Shown here one piece after another: positions 34,490 to 48,221 of a stretch of DNA of 64,000 nt. Made by a program: the position numbers and the translations under genes. Each line of letters begins with the position of its first letter. The first letter of the stretch is position 1. The notes below the pieces were generated by a model. It searched no databases. It saw only the letters and a program-made list of their open reading frames with translations, and had not been told where the DNA came from. The DNA lies in NCBI RefSeq assembly GCF_016433145.1, contig NC_058134.1, positions 10,482,189 through 10,546,188 on the forward strand, in the 5' to 3' direction. This stretch comes from Gracilinanus agilis. Taxonomy: Eukaryota.

Positions 34490-37245
34490 TCCAGACAGAT
34501 TTCTTAGCATTAAAATACTTGACACTGGACAGAATAGTCCTAACCCATAGATCCAGCAAATAAACAGAGGAGCAAGATTATAACCAGTGACGGGGGGAAA
34601 GAAGGAAAAAATATGAGCAAACAGCAGAAAAAGAAAAAAAAAAGAAATTATAGTTGACAGCTTCTATTCAAGTTATGAACAAAGAGCAAATGGAACCAAG
34701 AAGGATCTAGGAACACCAAGCAAAAATGCAGAAATTCCAGTGAATTGGACACAAGCTTTGGAAAAACTCAAAACATAATTGAAAAAACAATTAATAGAGG
34801 CTGAGGACACTTGGGAAAAGAACTTAAAACGCAAAATAAGTTATCTGGAAACAGAGACACATGAACTAAAACAAGAAAATAGTGTCTTTAAAGCAAGAAT
34901 TGACCATCTTGAAAATGAGGCAAAGTAGGTGAAAGATGACTTACAAAGAAAATCAGGCCAGAAAGAGAACAAAAAATCCAGGAATTAAATTCAGTCTTTT
35001 AAAATTAGAATCCAACAACTAGAAGCAAATGACTTCACAAGGCAGCAAGAGTTTGTAAAACAAAATCAAAAGAATGAAAAAATTGAGGAAGCTGTGAAAC
35101 ACCTCATTGATAAAATTACAGATATGGAAAATAGATCCAGGAGAGACAATTTAAGAATTATTGGACTACTGCGAGATCATGACAAAAGTAAAAGCCTGGA
35201 CATTATTCTACAGGAAATTATCCAAGAAAACTGCCCTGACATTCTTGAACAAGAGGGAAAAGTGGAGATTGAAAGAATCCACAGATCACCTCCTGCATTT
35301 AATTCCCAACTGACAACCGTCAGGAATATTATAGCCAAATTCAAGAACTATCAGAGCAATGAAAAGATACTACAAGCTGCAAAAAAGAAGCCATTCAGAT
35401 ATTATGGAACCACAGTTAGGATAACACAGAAGCTGGTTACATCCACACTAAAGAACTGGAAGGTGTGGTATATGATATTCTGGAAAGCAAGAGAACTCGG
35501 TCTACAACCAAGAATCAACTACTGAGCAAAACAGACTATATTCTTGCAGGGGAATGGTCATTTAATAAAATAGAAGACCTCCAAGCATTCATAAAGAAAA
35601 GATCAGACTTAAATAGAAAATTTGATCCCCAAACATAGAACTTAACAAAAGGTAATTAAGAAAGGGAGAAAAAAAACCCCCAATAACTTTTTTTAAGGGC
35701 TCCAATAAGTTCAAATGATTTGTATTCCTATAAGACAAGATGACATTGGTAACTCTCAAAAATTGTTATTATCAGGGTAGCTGGAAAAAGTATACTTAGA
35801 GGGAACAGTGACAAACTGTATAGGATGAAATGTCAAAAAATTATGGGTAAAAAAGAAGAGAATACTAAGAGAAATGGGGAAAAAAGACAAAATAGGGTAA
35901 ATTCATATTTCATAAAGAAGCACATGGGGGGAGGAATAGGAGACCAATGCAATGGAAAGGTAAAAGAGTTTGGAGACAGGTAATGCTTAATTGTTATCTG
36001 CATTGAAATTGACTCAAAGAGGGAAGAACAATCAGATGCATTGGGGCAGAGAATTGTATCGTGCCCTATGGAGAAGTAGAAGGGTAATAAACAGGATGGT
36101 GGGGAGGGAATCAATACAAGGGAAGTAGAGGGTGGGAGTAGTTTAAAAGGCACTTTAGAAAGAGGGGAATAAATAACGGGAGGTGCTGGGAAGGGAAGGG
36201 AGGAGAAAGGGGGGAAACTGACTAAAAGTGAAAAGTTGGAGGGGAGGGTAAGAGGGATAAGAGAAAAGGCAGAACCTAATGAGGAAGTCAAAATGGAGGG
36301 AAATACACAGATAGTAATCATAACCGTGAATATGAATGGGATTAACTCACTAATAAAAAGGAAGCAGATAGAAGAATGGATTAAAAGCCAAAATTCAACC
36401 ATATGTTGTCTACAAGAAACACATTTGAGGCAGGTAAATATATACAGGGTAAAGGTAAGAGGGTAGAGCAGAATGTACTTGGCTTTAACTGAGACAAAGA
36501 AGGCAGAAGTAGCAATAATTATCTCATACAAAGCTAAAGCAAAAATAAATTTCATTTGAAAAGATAAGGAAGGTAATTACATCTTGATGAAAGGCAGCAT
36601 AAATAATGAAGAAATATCAATACTCAACATATATGCACCAAATGGTATAGCAGTCAGATTTCTAAATGAGAAACTAAAAGAACTTAAGGAGGACATAGAT
36701 AGTAAAACCATACTAGTGGGGGACCTCAAACTTCCTCTATAAGAACTAGATAAATCAAACCCAAAAATAAATAAGAAAGAAGTAAATGAAGTAAATTAAA
36801 TGTTATAAAAACTAGAGCTAATAGATATTTGGAGAAAAATAAATAGGGATAAAAAGGAATATACCTTATTTTCAGCAGCACATAGCAAATATACAAAGGC
36901 CGACCATGTACTAAGCCATAAAAACATTGCAAGCAAATGTAGGAAAGCAGAAATAATAATTTTTTTCAGATAATAATAATCAATAAGGGTTTATGGAAAG
37001 GCAGATTTAAAACTAATTGGAAACTAAATCTAATTCTTTAAAACTGGTTGGTCAAAGAACAAATCAAATTACTGATTTCATTGAAGAGAATGACAATGAG
37101 GAAACAACTCATAAAAATCTATGGGATGCAGCCAAAGCAGTACTCAGGGGAAAATTTATATCCCTGAGTGCATATATCAACATATTAGAGAGGGAAAAGG
37201 TCAATGAATTTGGCATGCAAATTAAAAACTAGAAAGAGAACAATA
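34490..37245 (+). mobile_element. L1 fragment (end of 5'UTR, ORF1, spacer, ORF2 endonuclease), truncated at both ends, sense to HDAC9
   Basis: ORF1 ATG at 34613 (MSKQQKK) and ORF1 fragment 35094-35525 (RSRRDNLRIIGL..IERIHR). ORF2 ATG at 36293 (MEGNTQIVIITVNMNG). LWDAAKAVLRGKFISL at ~37120, then L1 similarity stops. Confidence 0.92.
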
Positions 37246-37754
37246 AATGCCTTAGCTAAGCAAGATGATGTAAAGTACTGGATCAAATTTTTAATACTAC
37301 CTTTTAATGATGCATTATGGGGCATTTTAGGAGAACTATCTCCTTGAGGATCTAAATAGTTCCTGTATGGTAAACGTACTCCACCTTAGAAAATTTACTC
37401 CATCACCTTTGTGGTACTGGTGATGTGCAGATTATGTTGTGTCTTGTAGAACTTCTGACTGGTCCCCATTTCAGGGAGGGCAGGAGTATCAAAGGAAATA
37501 GAGATGAAAAAAGAAAAATAATGGCAATAAAGTGCCTTTAGAAATGTTGCCCAGAGACCACCAAGGTATCTGTAGGCATTTCTGGGAAGCTTCATGGAAT
37601 TGATAAACCATTCCATTGGAATTTAAAATCATTGTGGATAGAGGTTGTTTCATTTGTTGTTTATTCCCAGTGCAGAGAACACTGTCTGGCACAAAATATA
37701 TGCTTAATACATATTTATTGATTGATTGATTAATATGTTAACCCCACAAAATAA

Positions 37755-38000
37755 ATATTGCTTCACAAAGGTAGAGCACTGAGTTTGGTATCAGGAAGAA
37801 TCTTCATGAGTTCAAATCCAGCCTCAGACACTTAATAGCTATGTGACCTTAGGGTAAGTCACTTAACACTATTTGCTTAAGTTCCTCATATGTAAAATGA
37901 GTTGGAGAAGGAAATGGCAAACAACTCTAGCATCTTTGCCAAAAAAAACCCAAAATGAGGTCACAAAGAGTTGGACATAACTGAAATGACTTGACAACAA
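37755..38000 (+). mobile_element. MAR1-type CORE-SINE with RTE-like tail
   Basis: CORE region followed by gagttggagaaggaaatggcaaac.actctagcatctttgccaa...gtcacaaagagttggaca..actgaaatgact. Confidence 0.8.
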
Positions 38001-41000
38001 ATCACAAAGGTAGCTTAAAGTTTTCCTCTATCACATATCTTGTCTATTTAGTACAGTTGATTCTTTTTATTCAAATTTGATCCGTATCCTTTTGACACAA
38101 TATGAGGCAAACAGTCAGCACCCATCAAATGCTTCTCAAACAATTCCATGTACCTTATTGATGCTCTAGAAATATTATTTATAATGATTTATGTGAAATC
38201 ATGTATCTTGAATGGAGTCTACCATAATGATAATGAATTTTTTGCTTTGAAAGCAAAGTAAGAGCAAAACAAATCCAAAGTATTAATTTAGCACATCAAG
38301 TAAAAGAAGAATTGGGTAGATTTTAAGTGTGGCAACAGAATCTTTGTGCCTGTAAAATTATGTCTGTTTCATGACTTCTTAGGTGTGTCACCAAAATCCA
38401 AGTTCTAAACTCCTACTGGACAATGATTGTTCATTTCCTCCAAAGAATGGAGGGTATGATTAGTTATCCATCATTGGATACAATCCAACTAAGACCAGAT
38501 GACTACTTATTTGAACATAATTATGCAGAGACATTTCTTGTTCACTTTGGAGTTGGACTGGATTGCTTCTGAAATCCCTGGCAATGCTAAAGATTTGATA
38601 TTTCATGAAGGATTTTGCAACCAGTAAGGAGGCCCTTTTATAGTAATGAAATCATTTTATTTCATGCATGTTTTCATGTTTCTATTTCATATTCTTTAGG
38701 TCTTTAAAGATCCTCAAAGGTACGATGACTTCTTTTCTAGAAATATTTTTTAAAACAAAATGTCAATTGCCCCATTCAGTGCCTTATACATTGCCAAAAC
38801 TCAACAAACATTGGCTGACAAAGATTTGTGGGTAAACAGCAAAGGAGCTTGACATACTTAACTTCTAATGATATTACATAGAAAATGAGGACATATGGCA
38901 TATTGGGTAGCTTAGAGACCTGGTAATCAAAGTGACCTGAATCCTAATCCCTTCTCCATCACTCATTAGTTAGATGAACCTGGGCAATTCATTTAACTTT
39001 TTGGTTTCTTCCTTTATAAAATAGGTAGTAATATTCAGAGTACCTCTTCTATAGAGTTGTAATGACAAAAATAAGATTTTAAAGTGATAAATCTCTATGA
39101 TAATAATTAGTGGAAAATCTCTGATTCAATGCTTCTTCTCTGGCACATACTAGCTGTGTGACCCTGGACAAATCATCAAGCAGGTGTAGTCACTTCCTCT
39201 TTTATTGGGAATGGATTTAGCAATTTGATCAATTCAGTTGTAGCAAAGTTGGCTCCATCATGGCCCCAGGCTAAAGCTCTTGGTTGTATTTCTTTGAGTC
39301 ACATCTGCTTGCTTTCATGATACAAGTCCTGTTAACACCCATCCCAGACTGATTAGAAAGTTGAGCCACTATCTAATGCTTCTCTGACCTCGTCACTATA
39401 ACTGTCAGTTCAGTTCATATTGGGCAGCATTTAGAACTGAAGATGGTGCTGACACAGCTCCTAAATAGCACTTACCCTGTTGCTGACAATAGCAGAAACA
39501 GACACAATTGGGGACACATTTGATTTGTTCTCCCTTCTCAAAACTTATGGGGATGGTTATATAGAACACTGGCTTTCAGTAACAGACCTCCAAGTTGCCT
39601 ATCTGCTGATTTCCTTTTGGACTGAGTCTTATAATACCTGCTAATTTGAAGAGTGAATGCCATGAATTAATCATCTATACATAATGATTTTCCTCATAAG
39701 TGCTTCACTAAATCAACACCAAATAGGAGCATATTTGGTCAGTCATCTAAAGGATTTTTCCTCAATCAAAATAGCACTGCGCTCATCTACTTTCTTAGAG
39801 ATAGAAGGGATCTTGAGCAGTTATGTTATTAATTCATACATTCATCAAGTATTTATTAAATGCCTACTATGTGCCAATCACCGTGTTGAAGACCCAAAGG
39901 CGAAAAACAAACTATTGTTGAACAAGTAGCTTCATGCCCCTGAGCTTCAGGCTGGTTTCATCTTCTGTTAAATGGAGAATTTGAACAAGATAACCCAAAT
40001 GATCTCTCTTAGCTATATAGACCTATGATCATCTATGATATTCATACTCAAGGAACATATTTAGGGTAAAGGATGACAACAAGGGCAATGAAAAACCCAC
40101 AAAGCATTTGCAATACAAGATGATTTGGATGAGTGGTTGGAGCACTGATAACTAGGGGGATCAGAAAAGCTTCACATGGCTGATGGTGTTTGAACTGAGT
40201 TTTGAAGGAAAATAGATTCCCACCATAAGCAAACATTTATTAAGTATGTACTCTGTTCTAGGCAATATGCTAAACATTCATTTAAGCTGTTGTAGATGAA
40301 GAGAGTAAACATCTTTCCTTTGGCTTCCAAACAGCACTCTGGAAAATGAAAAGGCATATGATTTCTCAGCTTTGTGCTGTTTGGGAGTAGAAGATGGGGA
40401 GGGGAATCAAGGAGGGATGGTATTTTGCCTGTATATTATTTTTCATTTTTGCTTTTATAAAATTCAATCTTAGAATAGACACATGGCTCACTGCCTTTGG
40501 TTCCTATGCCAAAGGCAGTGAATGCTTCGGGAAATAGAAAAAAAATGCCCATTGAATCTTTTTCCTATTATTAGTATCATGTTGGCTGGTAAAAGTCAGG
40601 ACTTATATGCATGGTTACTTTATAAGGATGATCTTGCCAATCCAGCTGTCATATTATAACAACTTAATTTTGTGTTTGAGCTCTGTTAAAAGTGGAATCA
40701 TCTCTGTGCTTTATGGAGCCATTATAACATATATAATTATCCTATTCCTCTTAAGTAATGAAGATATATTTCCAACGAACTTCACTCTGACCCTTTCCTC
40801 CAAAAGATGCCAATGTCAGATCAAGTGAGATCCTACCCATAACATTTTATCATTATCAGGTAATTCTATAATTGTCCAAGATGAAAGCTTTTGTTATCAG
40901 ATGAAAGGACTGATGATTTAGAGCTATGATCTTAAATGATCTTAAAGATCTTTTATTCAAACATTTGGTTTTATATGTAGGGAATTTGAGGCTCAGAGAG

Positions 41001-43079
41001 GATAAATTATTTCCTCAAAGGCAATTAATAAAGCAACAAGAATTTGAGTTGCTCCTCTGCTCTGACACTCTGATTCATGCTGAGTGATACAAATAAAAAG
41101 TGAACAATCCCTGGCCTCATGGACCTTGCATTCTAATCAAGGAGGCAATATGTACATATAAAAAGGATAAATGAAGAGTAGATGGGGGGGTAACCTTAGG
41201 GAGAAAGTTATCTAGCATAAGTGAACAAGGATTAATTTATAGGGTCATGAAAATAAAGATATATTAGATGAGGTCTTCTTAATTTTTGTTGAATCATAGA
41301 CTCTCACCCCCCTCTACCTCTTGGCCATTTATAGGTGCTTTCTCAGAGTAATGTTTTTAAAACAATAAAATAAAATTCATGGGATCATAAAAGAAATAAA
41401 TTATAATGGCATATAATTATCAAAATATTTGAAAAGTCAGGCTCCCAGACTACAGGCTAAGAACCCTGTCTCTAGAGTTTGAAAGGACATTAGACTATTT
41501 ATTACAAACCCCTCACCTTACTGACATAGACATTGAAGTCCAGGAAGGTTAAGAGACTTGGCCCAGGTCACACAAGGGCAGTGTAATTTTTACTAATATG
41601 CTTCAGAGTTAAGACTCCTTTCACTCTGACTCCAGATCTTGGGTTTTGTTTCCACTTTCTCTCCCAATTGTGTACTTGGCATTGTGCTAGGTACGAGGAA
41701 TAGAAGAACCAAAAAATTAAACAGTTCATACCATTGAGGAACTTACATTCCACATACAGTGGAAGTGATGTAGTGGATATAATTTCACAAATATATGAAG
41801 GGACAAACAGATGAGCTTGGCATGCAGTAAGATGAATAGATTACTGATGGAGAGTGTTCATGCTCCATTGGAATCTGGATAAGATCAAGAGAATGAGAAG
41901 AGCCTCATCATGGTGACTTTGTTTTATTGAAGGAAATGGATGGGAGTCACATGAAATGGGCAGGCACTAATGAGTCTCAATCTGCATTGTTGGAAAGAAC
42001 TATACCCATTAATGGGCTAGATTCCAGATCAATAGGGATTTTGTCATTCTATTACAATATTTGAAGTATGGGACTTTTGAGATAATATGATTCGTCCCAG
42101 TTGCTCCTGAAGTTGTCCTTAATTAAATATAAGGTGAGAGTTGAAGTTTTAGATTCCCCAAAGAAGTTGCAAAATAACTGCCGCCTTTAATTCACTGCTT
42201 CTTATACTGTGGAATTTCATTTGGCTCCTAAGAGCTGTGGGTGATGATAGCCAGTGTGGATGCATTCACAATAGTTAATAAAAGCCAAAGTGCCTTTCAT
42301 GTCCTGTATTTTCCCAGCAGCATCCAAGATGCTGGAAAAGGGCTGGGATTTCTTGAAACAATTTCCCAATGTTAAATGCCATGTATGTCATATCGGCCCT
42401 CCTACCACCTTTCCCAGACCATTTATCATCATTCCCAAACCAGGCCCACATTTCCCGTATCTGGGAAACCACTAATAAGGAAGAGGTGGGTTTAAAATAT
42501 AAGCATGTCTATCTACTCTGGGAACAGCCCTCTGACATACCTTGCCTCAATTATTTTTCTTTTTTATTTCAACAAGGAACTCCAAAACAGTGACGGGGCA
42601 GGCATGACCTACAGCATGGCATGCTTTTCTCTTTTTCTTCCCAATACCTCTATATGATCAAATGGCCTAAGAAGATCAACTGGGTTGAGTCAGAGCCAAA
42701 ACATATCCAGTAGGATTTTAGGAATACTTGGAGAATGTATCCTGTCTGATTTCTAATTTTAGGGATAAATAAGCACATAAAAATGTCTGTGCTGTCTTCT
42801 CATCTGCACCACATATTGTACCAATTTTCATCAAAAAATTACAATTTCTGGAGATGTGTGTCTCTAGATACCCTCAGAATTTCTGCTCCTTGACCTGGAT
42901 GGTAAATTGATCTTTGGCACACCTGCCCAGCATGGGAACCTCTTTGGATGTCTCCTTTTTGAGCTTAACATCAATAAGATTGGATCATTATAAGCCACGT
43001 CCTACTTAAGATTAACAAAAAAAAATCACAAACTGAATCACATCAAGGGAATAACTTTACTTTCTAGGAAGAACTCAAA

Positions 43080-43310
43080 GCAGCATTTAGTAAGTACCAA
43101 CCTACTGTAGCAGGCACTGTGCTGAGGGCTTTGCAAATCTCTGGTTTGATCCTCAGAATAACTATTTTCCCCATTTTATAGTTGAAGAAACAGAGGAAGA
43201 CAGGTTAAGTGACTTACTCAGGGTCTCATAGCTACTAAGTGTCTGATCCAGGATTTGAACGCATTTCTTCCTCACTCTAGTCCTATCCCTTTATCAACTG
43301 CATCACCTAT
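43080..43310 (-). mobile_element. CORE-SINE (MIR/MAR1-like)
   Basis: gcaggcactgtgctgag...cccattttatagttgaagaaacagagg...gtgacttactcagggtc...ggatttgaac. Confidence 0.75.
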
Positions 43311-46300
43311 CTTTTTTCTGATAAAATAAGTCAGGAAGAGGAAGCAGTTAGAATGTGATTCTAAAAGAATTAGACAAATTCGTAATGATTTTTACCTTGC
43401 CCATTCCTTTTTCTATTGATGGACAAACTTTGTAGGATCCAACAATTGATCAAAGATCCAATTAAATAAATATTTAGTAAGCACCTACAATGTGATAGAC
43501 ACTGGAATATATGAACAAAAAGGAAATAATCACTGTCTTCAAGGAGTTTGCAGTCTAACAAGGGAGCCAACATGTTTACCTATGAGTGGATATAAAATAA
43601 ATACAACACATATATAATACATATCCATCCATATATATATGTATATATAAATATACATATACACATATGTAAATCGCTTAATAAACATTAAAGCATTATA
43701 TGTAGTTATCTTTTATTTTTCTTGTGGAATTAGAAAATATTATAAACAAGGAAAGTTAAATAAGAAGATCTGTTCCTTTAGCAATTCCCACTAGCTGATC
43801 CCCCTAAGAAAGAAAGGAATTTGCATACTTAGAGATAACTCAATTTTCTTCACAAGATGAAGGGTTGCAATAAAAGATGCCTAACATGCCCAAGGTTCAC
43901 CCATCATTTGTGCCAGTAAACTGCTGCCCCAGGCAGGTGATGGCTTTCCACTCTACAGTTAATGTTTGTTAGCACCCGGTGCCAGAAACTTAGCACATCC
44001 CCTGACCTGTCAAAGGAGTTCCCATCAATTACATCAGAGGCAATCATCTCCTCATCTCATGCTCAACAACATCGGTTAGGATGGTATGACATAATGGGGG
44101 AGGAGACCTACACAAGATACCGAGTTTGTGGAGTAAGACCTTTCGTACACCCTTTGTGGAGATTTCCAGAGGACTTGAATCTATAGGATATTCAAAAGCT
44201 TTTAGTACCACAAGAAATATTTTTATTTATTCAGTTAAAAGGGGGGAAAATATATCCATTCTTACATATGACTTGGTGCTCACATCTTGAAATTGCTGTG
44301 TTCTGAACCATGCCACCAACCTGAAATGTGCCAGCACAGTTCTAGGGCATGGCCCACAAACTTTAGAATAGCTCAGTGGAGTTCCTGGTATGGTAGACAA
44401 AATGAAAGGGAAATCCATTTTCAGAGGCAATTCCCATCTTGCTCTTGTGTGAGTTTGGATGGCATAAAGAAGGAGCAGGCTTGGTTTTCCCATGAGGAGC
44501 AAATCATCCCTGTAGAACTCTTGTTCAAACAGAGGCATGCCTTCTGAGTTGAAGGCTTGAGCTTTTCATGATTTCCTGGCATGTCAACCTTTGTGGTACA
44601 GGTGAAGGCTTTGTCTGAAGGGCATCTGCACAACTGAGCATGGACAAAATTCTTTGCTTTTTATCTGAAGGCATTGGCACATTGCAAATCAGTTCATAAT
44701 CACAATTTAGTCTAGTTTGTGGCATCAGACTAGTGCAATGACTTCCTAAAAGACCAAGTGCAGCACTGGCAACTGCTCCCTGCCTGACTAGCAGTCCAAC
44801 ATCTAGTCACTGTGGTTCAAAGCCTCTTAACCGCCCCCCCCCAGGTATCTACAGATGGATATAAAACCCAATGGGTGGTCAACCTTTTGGGTGGTATTTA
44901 TAGGTCCCACTTCATAGAAAGACTCTGGGGAATAGCCATCTTATAACAAATGATATTTTGTGATTAGTAATCTGTGCATAATGTTGAGTGAGTTGACTAT
45001 CCTAATTTTGAAATCAAATAAATACTAAGTGATTTCTCTGTGATTTCAAGATATTCAGATATTATTGTTCCCGGGAACAGAGCAGAAGTCTGTGATGAGG
45101 CTCAGTGCCTTCTGTTACCTTCCTCTTGCTTGGAGAGCAATGTTTTCAGAATTGAAAACTAAAAATGTCTTACTTTTCTAGGATGTTTTGGGTGTTTTGG
45201 TATCATAATTCCTTCAGCTTATAATATATTTGATGAAACATAGTTTCTTAGGTAAATAAGCATTTATACTGCTGAATATGATACTTAGAAATCAGCAACA
45301 GTAATGACCACAAAAAGCCATTCTATTATGTCTTTGGCTTTCTAAAGGAAAAGTTTCCCAGAACAAAGAGAAGGCAATTCTGAAGGTAAGTTTTCAGGGT
45401 AGTGCCATTATATTCAAAACCAGCTTGTCCCAAAGAAAGAGTTGAGAGTTAGTAGCCTCCTCCTCATCCTTTTTCCTTGGTAGGTAATGAGTTCTTGCCC
45501 TTGGGCATTTGGTTTGGGGTCTGTTTGCTTTTCCCTTTCCCCCCACTTTCCCTGCCACTCTATTTTCTCTTTCCTAAACTTTGGGAAAGAGAAAGAAAGA
45601 TTGACTTTCAAGGGTATTAGAATGTGCAGAGGTGACTCTGGGCTGCTGACTGCTCCCTATTCGTGTCTTCATTGTAAGGAGGGCAGGCTCATGGATGATA
45701 AAAGGGGCATGAACCAGCTTCTGATGGAGCCTCCATCAGATTGGAAACAACTCCTGTGTGCCCAGAGATTGGCTCCGTATTATAAAAAAGTTGGGACAAT
45801 TTGTAATAAAGTCACAATATCCAGTAAAAAGTTAAAGTAGGGGCAAATGATCTAATTATGATAATATAAGAAGGAAACCAACATAGACAGATACTATTTT
45901 AAAGAGACAATTGTTTCCTAATTTCAAGATAAAAAAAAGTTATTGAAAAGCTCTCCAACTCATTATTGTTCTTTTCCCCTACTGTCACCATGAGCTTTAA
46001 CAAATGTAAGAAAAGAAGGGAAAAGATGTGGAATTTTCCAAGAATGCCTTGGAAGGAGTTAAGGTGGGGAGAAAGATTAAAACAGTAACCCTTTAGCCCC
46101 CAGGGAAGCCTTTGAACTGAACTGAAAGCCCTGGACCAAGCCCAAATGCCTCATCCTACCCAAGTGAGCAGTTTGCTGTCTCTTAATAAACTTTGGAACA
46201 TAGCAATGCACTGCAACCCGTAAAACATCCACATGGTCCTGTCTGGAATGGCTCCAGCCTGGAAGAGAACCTCAAGGCAGCTTCCTGGTGCTTTATGTAT

Positions 46301-46921
46301 TGTTTAATTGTTGACCTTTGGCAGACGGTTTTATTAAAAACCGATTATTTAAGATAAGACCAAAGTGTCACGTCAAGAACCACAGAAACTGGAGGCTAGA
46401 GTGGCTTCACTTGGTTTCATACCTGCTTTGGAGAGCTTCGCTAATGAGGACACTGCATCGTCCCCCTTGCAATTCTTCAAAAACAAAACAAAAAAAAAAA
46501 GGTCGGCTTTTATTTTCCTCCATTAAAACATGAACTCAGTTGGCTGGAAGGGCTGGGTGTGTGTGTGCATATATGCCTGGGGCATGTTGGCATGGAAGCA
46601 TGCATGTGCTCCTCAGCTCTGTAGTGGAGAGGGGGATTGGTTTGACTTGGGTTTAGGGACGAGCAAGTAGAGCTGAATGGTGGGCCTTTAGTGGTGCTGA
46701 GGAGTGGGAAAGAGGTATGTTCTCTGTTGGAATTATGACTGGAGTACATGTGGTATTTTCCAGTCCCAGGGATATTTTAAGTGTTTGCCAAGGCAGTGAA
46801 TAAAATGCTTTGTTTTCCTCTATTCTACTTGCCCAAGTACAGGACAGCCATCACGCCCCAGGTCAATCTAGTCATAAATTATCTGGGCAACATTATTAAT
46901 CTAGTCCATCTGAAATACGCC

Positions 46922-47400
46922 CTGTATCTCTGTCTCTCTGTCTCTCTCCCTTTCTCTTTCCTCTTTATCTCAACCTCTGGACCGCTGATTCTCTCTCTGT
47001 TTCTCTATCTCTCTCTGTGTGTCTCTGTCCTCTCTGTCTCCCTCTATTTCTCTCTCTGTCTCTGTCTGTCTGTGCTCTCTCTGTATCTCTGTCTCTCTGG
47101 GTCTCTCTCTCTGTCTGTCTGTCTCTGTCAGTCTCTGTCTCTCACTCTTTTTCTGTCTTTCTGTCTGTCTCTCTTTCTCTGTCTCCATCTCTGTCCTTTT
47201 CNNNNNNNNNNNNNNNNNNNNNNNNNNNNNNNNNNNNNNNNNNNNNNNNNNNNNNNNNNNNNNNNNNNNNNNNNNNNNNNNNNNNNNNNNNNNNNNNNNN
47301 NNNNNNNNNNNNNNNNNNNNNNNNNNNNNNNNNNNNNNNNNNNNNNNNNNACTCCCTGCTTCCCTCTCTTTCCTTCCCTCCCTCCTTCTCTCTCTGGAAT
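46922..47400. repeat. (TC/TCTG)n pyrimidine-rich repeat spanning an assembly gap
   Basis: Direct reading; N run at 47202-47350. Confidence 0.9.
47202..47350. other. Assembly gap (149 N)
   Basis: Run of n. Confidence 1.
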
Positions 47401-48057
47401 ATGGAATGCACTCTCTTTTTATGAGACATACAGAAATCTCTCAGGATATTTTGGCCAGTCTTAGACGTGGATGTGAATTGGAGGCTTGGACGTTATTCTC
47501 ATCCAGATACTCCGAAACTGGCCATTACTCACACTCCCACTGAGAATTAGAAGAAGGTAGCTGACATGGCTAACATTTTTGGAAATGAAACGCTCTGAAG
47601 GCTGGCTGGGCTTGTCCATATTGGAGTCAGCCTGAATCTTTACTCCGTTTAGCCCCTGTTATATACTGCTTCGCTCTTTAAATCTAGACTTTGATCATTC
47701 GAATGCAGTCACAGCAGAGTCTGTGTCCATGGTCTGGGTTCCTTTAGAAACGGCCACCTTCCGAAGCCTACCGAGGCCCACGTTTCCCAGAGTTCTTTCA
47801 TGGGCCAGCCTGCCCGCTAACAAATGGGGCTCACCAACAAACTAAATAAATTACTACACGGATTGGGCCTTTGAGGCTCTGGGCGAAGAATGGAAAAATT
47901 ATTTACAAAAGCTTGAAAATATTTAATCACCAGAGGCAGGCAGTGGGGGTGACGGCATTTTAATTAGCAAGTCCTCCGGCCATTGGATGGCTGGGGGGTG
48001 GGGGGTGGGGGTGAGGGTTGGTTCTTTCTCAACAGCCCCCCAAAATCACTCCCCCTC

Positions 48058-48221
48058 NNNNNNNNNNNNNNNNNNNNNNNNNNNNNNNNNNNNNNNNNNN
48101 NNNNNNNNNNNNNNNNNNNNNNNNNNNNNNNNNNNNNNNNNNNNNNNNNNNNNNNNNNNNNNNNNNNNNNNNNNNNNNNNNNNNNNNNNNNNNNNNNNNN
48201 NNNNNNNNNNNNNNNNNNNNN
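48058..48221. other. Assembly gap (164 N)
   Basis: Run of n. Confidence 1.

Noticed and set aside
35833-36555. 240-aa minus-strand ORF
   Set aside because: Antisense of the purine-rich L1 inter-ORF spacer and ORF2 start; compositional.
47616-47624. CArG-like CCATATTGG
   Set aside because: Only five A/T between CC and GG, so it is not an SRF CArG box.
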